Assembly: GCA_003009755.1 (NCBI GenBank)
Contig: PXUB01000021.1
Span: 1 to 14,503 of the forward strand
DNA length: 14,503 bases
Direction: 5' to 3'
Origin: Thermoplasmatales archaeon SW_10_69_26
Lineage (GTDB): Archaea > Thermoplasmatota > SW-10-69-26
Below, piece by piece: positions 14,371-14,503 of this stretch. Each line of letters opens with the position of its first letter. Position 1 is the first letter of the stretch. A program made the translations under genes and the position numbers. The notes under the pieces are model-generated. The model made no database searches and was not told where the DNA came from. It saw only the letters and a list, made by a program, of their open reading frames with translations.

Positions 14371-14402
14371 ACCCCTTTGGGAGTGGGGTGGTGGTGATTC
14401 GA

Positions 14403-14503
14403 GTGGTGTCGAAGACGAGCAAGCTGTCGACGGGTTGCGGGCTGTTGATCGCCTTGTTGATGATCGCTCCGGGCGGGGTTGCCCAAGCCAACGCTGTCGG
14501 GGA
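14403..14503 (+). CDS. 5' end of a secreted protein, truncated by the window edge
   Basis: GTG 14403 after SD-like GGTGAT gives MVSKTSKLSTGCGLLIALLMIAPGGVAQA-NAVG..., a typical n/h/c signal peptide with AQA cleavage site. The frame stays open to the edge; absent from the ORF track. Confidence 0.7.
   Translation, partial: MVSKTSKLSTGCGLLIALLMIAPGGVAQANAVG

Overview
A high-GC window of archaeal housekeeping and cell-envelope genes. The archaeal assignment rests on DUF373, MptE/DUF115, DUF63, an archaeal-type site-2 protease, and BRE/TATA-like motifs about 25-35 nt upstream of mostly leaderless starts. The soluble and exported proteins are very acidic, suggesting a halophile; a Thermoplasmatota-like host is my inference, not shown. 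Gene order: frameshifted membrane protein gene (-), DUF373 coupled to mptE (+), small secreted acidic protein (+), then a co-oriented (-) block read as cutA > LolD/MacB-type ABC ATPase > double-FtsX permease with a PPC-like insert > secreted CocE/NonD (S15) hydrolase > lipoprotein. After that come an M50 site-2 protease and DUF63 (+), a surface protein with a PGF-CTERM-like tail (-), and the start of a secreted protein running off the right edge (+). I found no tRNA, rRNA, CRISPR array or mobile element. The best candidate for an undescribed system is the ABC/permease/hydrolase/lipoprotein block. All family calls come from motif recognition by eye, not database searches.
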